From the sequence record SRR2962707_2562: a stretch of DNA of 39,165 bases; one strand, written 5' to 3'. The notes under the pieces are model-generated. The model was not told the DNA's origin. It made no database searches and was given only the letters and a program-made list of their open reading frames with translations. This document shows, one piece after another, positions 35,234-39,165 of this stretch. The position numbers and the translations under genes were made by a program. The first letter of the stretch is position 1. The number at the start of each line of letters is the position of its first letter.

Positions 35234-36910
35234 TCAGGAACGGCGGAAACCCCGCATTTTTGAGAAATTCTCAGCACTTAACTCTTCGAACAATGCCCGG
35301 CGCTTTTCAACGTCGACACCCGCCGCTTCAAGGGCCGCAGCCCCTAATCTGAGGCTTGCCTCAACGGTTTCCGGCATCGCGTGATCTACACCAAGCTCGG
35401 CGAATGTATCGGCGACATCCCAGTCATGGGCGCGGACATGGATCGGAACATGCGGATATATTCGCCGGACCGTGCGCACCATGCCTTCTGCTACTTTAGG
35501 ATCATCCAGGGTCACGACAATCAATCGCGCGTGCTTTGCGCCAACGGACCGCAGCACTTCCGGTCTGCCGGCACTCCCAAAATAGACATGATAGCCATGC
35601 CGCCGGGCGCGCCTGACGCGGTCGGCATCGGCATCTATCGCGACGTAGGGCACATCGGCAGCAGCAAGCATATTCGCTACGGTTTCACCAACACGTCCAA
35701 AACCGGCAATCAGCACGGGGCGAACGTCCTCGGCAACGGCACCGTGAACTTCACCTGGGATGAACAGTGAGATCCTGTCTGCAATCCTTGCACCCAGCCA
35801 GACCATAACGGGTGTCAGCATCATGCTGAGCACGATAATAGCGATCAGCATATCCACGAGTTCAAAGGGCAGGATTTGCTCGGCCAATGCCAGAGAGAAA
35901 AGCACAAAACCGAATTCGCCCGCCTGGGAAAGAATAAACCCGCTGCGTATGGCGACGGCAATCGGCACGCGAAACAGCAATGACAGGCCAATCGTTATCA
36001 GGGATTTCACCAGCAACAACGCAAATGTTGCGATAAGGATGTAGAACGTATGCTCCATAAGCGGCTTAGGATCCAGACTCATGCCGACACTCATGAAGAA
36101 CAACCCCAGGAGCAAACCCCGGAAGGGCAGGATATCGGCCTCTATCTGATGGCGGTATTCGGACTCAGCCAGCATCACCCCGGCCATAAAAGCCCCTAAA
36201 GCCAGGGACAAACCAACCTGGTTCATCACCCACGCAAATCCCAGCACCATCAGCAGTGCCATGGCGACAAAGGTGTCACTGTTACCGATACGTGCTATGG
36301 CGTGCATAACCGGACCAATGGCATAGCGTCCGGCCAGGACGACACAGAGGATAATCGCCACAGCCTGGATGATGGCCAACCCCATCGACGTTGTAACCGC
36401 GACCTCGCCGATACTGATCAGCGGCAACAGGACAATCAGCGGCACCACGGCCAAATCCTGAAACAGAAGAACGGCAAAGCTGTTGCGGCCATGATGACTG
36501 GTCAGTTCATTCCGCTCGGAGAGCATCTGCACACCGAATGCCGTTGATGACAACGCCAGCCCCAACCCCGTAACAGTGGAAACAATGATATCCAGGCCAA
36601 AGATGAAATGCGCCCCAGCAGCCAGCACGGCACCTGTGGTCATGACCTGCAGTCCACCAAGCCCAAACACGAGACGGCGCATGATCCAAAGCCGTTGCGG
36701 CTTCATTTCAATACCGATCATGAAAAGCAGGAAAACCACACCGAATTCACCGATGTGGCGAAGGTTCTCCGCTTCGGTGATCAAGCCTATGCCAAATGGC
36801 CCGATAACCGCACCTGCAGCCAGATATCCGAGTTGAGAGCCGAGTCCGAGCCGCGTGGAGATAAGTACGGCCACAACTGCCGCCCCCAGCAGAAAAAGAA
36901 TCTCGACCAT
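35234..36910 (-). CDS. CPA2-family (KefB/KefC-like) cation:proton antiporter with KTN domain
   Basis: GYL.AG..IGP, EFGVVFLLF.IG.E, LSSTA, LLFQDLA, LGAF.AG..LAES.YRH..E.DI.PF.GLLLGLFF, SQ.GEF.FV, GFGRVG. Confidence 0.92.
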   Translation of the reverse strand: MVEILFLLGAAVVAVLISTRLGLGSQLGYLAAGAVIGPFGIGLITEAENLRHIGEFGVVFLLFMIGIEMKPQRLWIMRRLVFGLGGLQVMTTGAVLAAGAHFIFGLDIIVSTVTGLGLALSSTAFGVQMLSERNELTSHHGRNSFAVLLFQDLAVVPLIVLLPLISIGEVAVTTSMGLAIIQAVAIILCVVLAGRYAIGPVMHAIARIGNSDTFVAMALLMVLGFAWVMNQVGLSLALGAFMAGVMLAESEYRHQIEADILPFRGLLLGLFFMSVGMSLDPKPLMEHTFYILIATFALLLVKSLITIGLSLLFRVPIAVAIRSGFILSQAGEFGFVLFSLALAEQILPFELVDMLIAIIVLSMMLTPVMVWLGARIADRISLFIPGEVHGAVAEDVRPVLIAGFGRVGETVANMLAAADVPYVAIDADADRVRRARRHGYHVYFGSAGRPEVLRSVGAKHARLIVVTLDDPKVAEGMVRTVRRIYPHVPIHVRAHDWDVADTFAELGVDHAMPETVEASLRLGAAALEAAGVDVEKRRALFEELSAENFSKMRGFRRS

Positions 36911-36929
36911 GCACTCCCGCTCCTGGACT

Positions 36930-38801
36930 TTAGGAACCGTTGACCGGTTCTACGCGCATTTGTTCAGCCGGACCGCTGACCCGATAGCGTTGCAGCGACC
37001 GCGCGTCGCCGTCTGTTCCCAATCTGCCGATATTCAGGTCGATCGTCCAGTTCGCAAGATCGATTTGGCCCTTACCGACCAGACTTAACTTCCCGGACTG
37101 CAGCAATAAATCCTCGCTGACAGCAATCCCCTGACCGATCGTAAACCGTCCGTTCAACGACTTGAATGGTAGCGTACTCCCCGATTCAGGCGCCAGGCCG
37201 CGAACAAGTTCCTCAACAGCAATTTCACCAGCCTGAACCAGGACCTCGGCTTGCCCCGTCAGGGCTTCACGCAATTCTCTGGGGGTTCCCCCTACCGAAA
37301 AAAGATTTAGTTCTATCGTTGATTTTCCGCTGAGTAATTCCTGGCCCGCTGTCTCCGCATTATCGAGTATGGGACCAACGCTGATACCAAGCGCACGGGC
37401 TTCCAGATTCATGGCTCGCATACCTTCGGACGCATCAAAGGTGAAAGATCCGCGCAGCTTGCCCCCATACAACTCAGCTTCCTGAAGCTTGATGCTTAAT
37501 CTTCGGGATTTTGGCTGCCGGTCAATAATGGCCTCGCCGGCCCCCAGCACAACCGAACGCCAAACCAACCGTTGCCATCTCAGGTCTACAGTGCCACTCG
37601 GCATACCCGGCACCATCAACGGTGCTTCGGCCGCAGCCATGACATCGTCAGCATCGGCCATGCCAAGATCAATTGTTTCAGCCTGTATGTTGCCGTTGAT
37701 TTGCGGGGAACCTGTGGCCAGGTCTTCAAACCTGAGGCTTCCCGTAAACGATGTCGATCCATAGGCCAGATCGACCCGGCGAACATCAATTGTGTCACCC
37801 GCCATGTCGATGGATGCTTCCAATGACAATGTGCCATGTCGTCTCGCCGGAAGCAGTGGGCCGATCCAGTCATTAATTGCCTTAACATCCCTGCCGGACA
37901 GCTTGAGCAACCCCTCACCCACCATACGTTCACGTACGGCAATCGATCCATTGAACGAGCCATCAAGCAGTCCGGATGAAAACGTCAGGTTCAGTGGCCA
38001 CCGGTTTCCCGAAACCAACAGTTGCGGATTGGAAGTTACGGCATCGAGCTTGATGGGTTTGCCGTTCAAAAGTCCTTCACCGCCTATGACCAAACCATCC
38101 TGTACCTGGTCTTTGTTCGGCTTGGTGTTTTCAGCATTGAACTTCTCTAAACGCAAAATGCGGCCGGTTCTCTCATCTGACAGGATGAATGCACCGTCTT
38201 CGATCTTGATATGGTTCAGGCTCATATCGCGCCACCAGCCCCAGGCACGATCGATTTGGGGTGCATTATCTGAAGCACCCGTCATCCGCGCCATGCGAAG
38301 CTGGATCAACGGTTGGCGCAACATGAATAATTCCAGGTCGGCACTGCCTGACAGCACCCCCAGAGCACTGAACTCAATTTCCAGATGCGGTAAATTCAGA
38401 CTGACCGGGCCGTTATCTTTTGAGACGACATTTTCCGCCTCCAATTCAAGGGACGGCAGAATGCTGAAGGAGTGATCTCCCTTGATCGTCACTTCGACAC
38501 CAGCGACTTTTGAGATCAGCCGCTCAGCATACGGTGCGGTTATTGATCCCGGCAGAACCATCGGCGCCAAGGACAACGTCGCGACAAACAATAATCCGAG
38601 CGCCCCCAGAACCAGGCCGAATTTGGCCAGCAGTGGGAATCTTGATGGCGTACCCTCTACCTCGACGGTCCAGTCATCATCCGGATCAATCGCGCTGTCT
38701 TCGGGATCATCGACCAGTTCAGGCGTTTTTCTCACGTCGAATCCAAGCCATTTTCTTGCTAAGGCAAAGCCTGAACGCGGGCACCATTCCGGCCACGGCA
38801 A
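36930..38801 (-). CDS. AsmA-family protein
   Basis: N-terminal TM helix then G..V.I.G....S.LP, LYGG...G, G...I..G, G.G.IDL; start uncertain (GTG at 38735 is plausible). Confidence 0.75.
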   Translation of the reverse strand: MPWPEWCPRSGFALARKWLGFDVRKTPELVDDPEDSAIDPDDDWTVEVEGTPSRFPLLAKFGLVLGALGLLFVATLSLAPMVLPGSITAPYAERLISKVAGVEVTIKGDHSFSILPSLELEAENVVSKDNGPVSLNLPHLEIEFSALGVLSGSADLELFMLRQPLIQLRMARMTGASDNAPQIDRAWGWWRDMSLNHIKIEDGAFILSDERTGRILRLEKFNAENTKPNKDQVQDGLVIGGEGLLNGKPIKLDAVTSNPQLLVSGNRWPLNLTFSSGLLDGSFNGSIAVRERMVGEGLLKLSGRDVKAINDWIGPLLPARRHGTLSLEASIDMAGDTIDVRRVDLAYGSTSFTGSLRFEDLATGSPQINGNIQAETIDLGMADADDVMAAAEAPLMVPGMPSGTVDLRWQRLVWRSVVLGAGEAIIDRQPKSRRLSIKLQEAELYGGKLRGSFTFDASEGMRAMNLEARALGISVGPILDNAETAGQELLSGKSTIELNLFSVGGTPRELREALTGQAEVLVQAGEIAVEELVRGLAPESGSTLPFKSLNGRFTIGQGIAVSEDLLLQSGKLSLVGKGQIDLANWTIDLNIGRLGTDGDARSLQRYRVSGPAEQMRVEPVNGS

Positions 38802-38918
38802 CAGGCTGCCGATTTACATTCTGTTCTCTAAGTCATCGCTGAAACTTGTGCATAAATCGTAAACACAGAATCCGAGACAAGATTTTAGAACATTTCTGAT
38901 GGTTTTACCGTATCTAGA

Positions 38919-38947
38919 TTGACATTCATCAGAAGCTGCCATAGAAG
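38919..38947 (+). promoter_or_regulatory. Candidate sigma70 promoter for the TauE-family gene
   Basis: TTGACA-N17-TAGAAG upstream of the ATG at 39016. Confidence 0.4.
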
Positions 38948-39015
38948 CTTGATATTACTCGGTAATTATTCCCCCTCGCCAACTGGCGTGACTGCCCGGC
39001 CGGAGCTGCCGCTCG

Positions 39016-39165
39016 ATGCAGATTTATTTGCCCATCGCCGAAATGTCGGTGAACATTTTCCTCATTCTGGGGATGGGCGGGGGTGTGGGTTTCCTGTCAG
39101 GACTATTCGGTGTCGGTGGTGGCTTTCTTATGACACCGCTTTTGATTTTCATCGGCATTCCCCCT
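39016..39165 (+). CDS. TauE/SafE-family permease, N-terminal fragment (3' truncated; absent from the ORF track)
   Basis: Manual translation MQIYLPIAEMSVNIFLILGMGGGVGFLSGLFGVGGGFLMTPLLIFIGIP; GGAG upstream. Confidence 0.88.
   Translation, partial: MQIYLPIAEMSVNIFLILGMGGGVGFLSGLFGVGGGFLMTPLLIFIGIPP

Overview
GC-rich alphaproteobacterial chromosomal window (gene content and order suggest Rhodospirillales; this is inference). It is mostly housekeeping and metabolic genes: parE 3' end, LdtR-like MarR regulator, FAA-hydrolase, a TPR-sulfotransferase/ELM1/Hyi operon, pyrE, ubiX, PAS-GGDEF-EAL, gcdH, FrnE-type DsbA, mfd-sdhE/recG, DUF502, NUDIX, Kef-type antiporter, AsmA-like protein and a TauE 5' end. 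Three regions stand out. (1) A three-gene, split-beta cobalt nitrile-hydratase/thiocyanate-hydrolase-type operon (10359-11625) with a His-rich alpha N-terminus, an apparently hybrid substrate pocket and no adjacent activator. (2) A type I secretion locus (25404-32039) with two ABC subunits that have complementary degenerate ATPase motifs; one subunit carries a roughly 380-aa Pro/Ala/Gln-rich N-terminal extension. It is preceded by tandem DUF2927-like genes and CtrA-like motifs. (3) An accessory-looking block (14216-17603) with an uncharacterised CxxCH protein, a secreted partner and a GntR/HAD pair sharing a perfect palindromic operator. No rRNA, tRNA, CRISPR array or transposase was recognised. 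All family calls are by eye from motifs; no database search was run.
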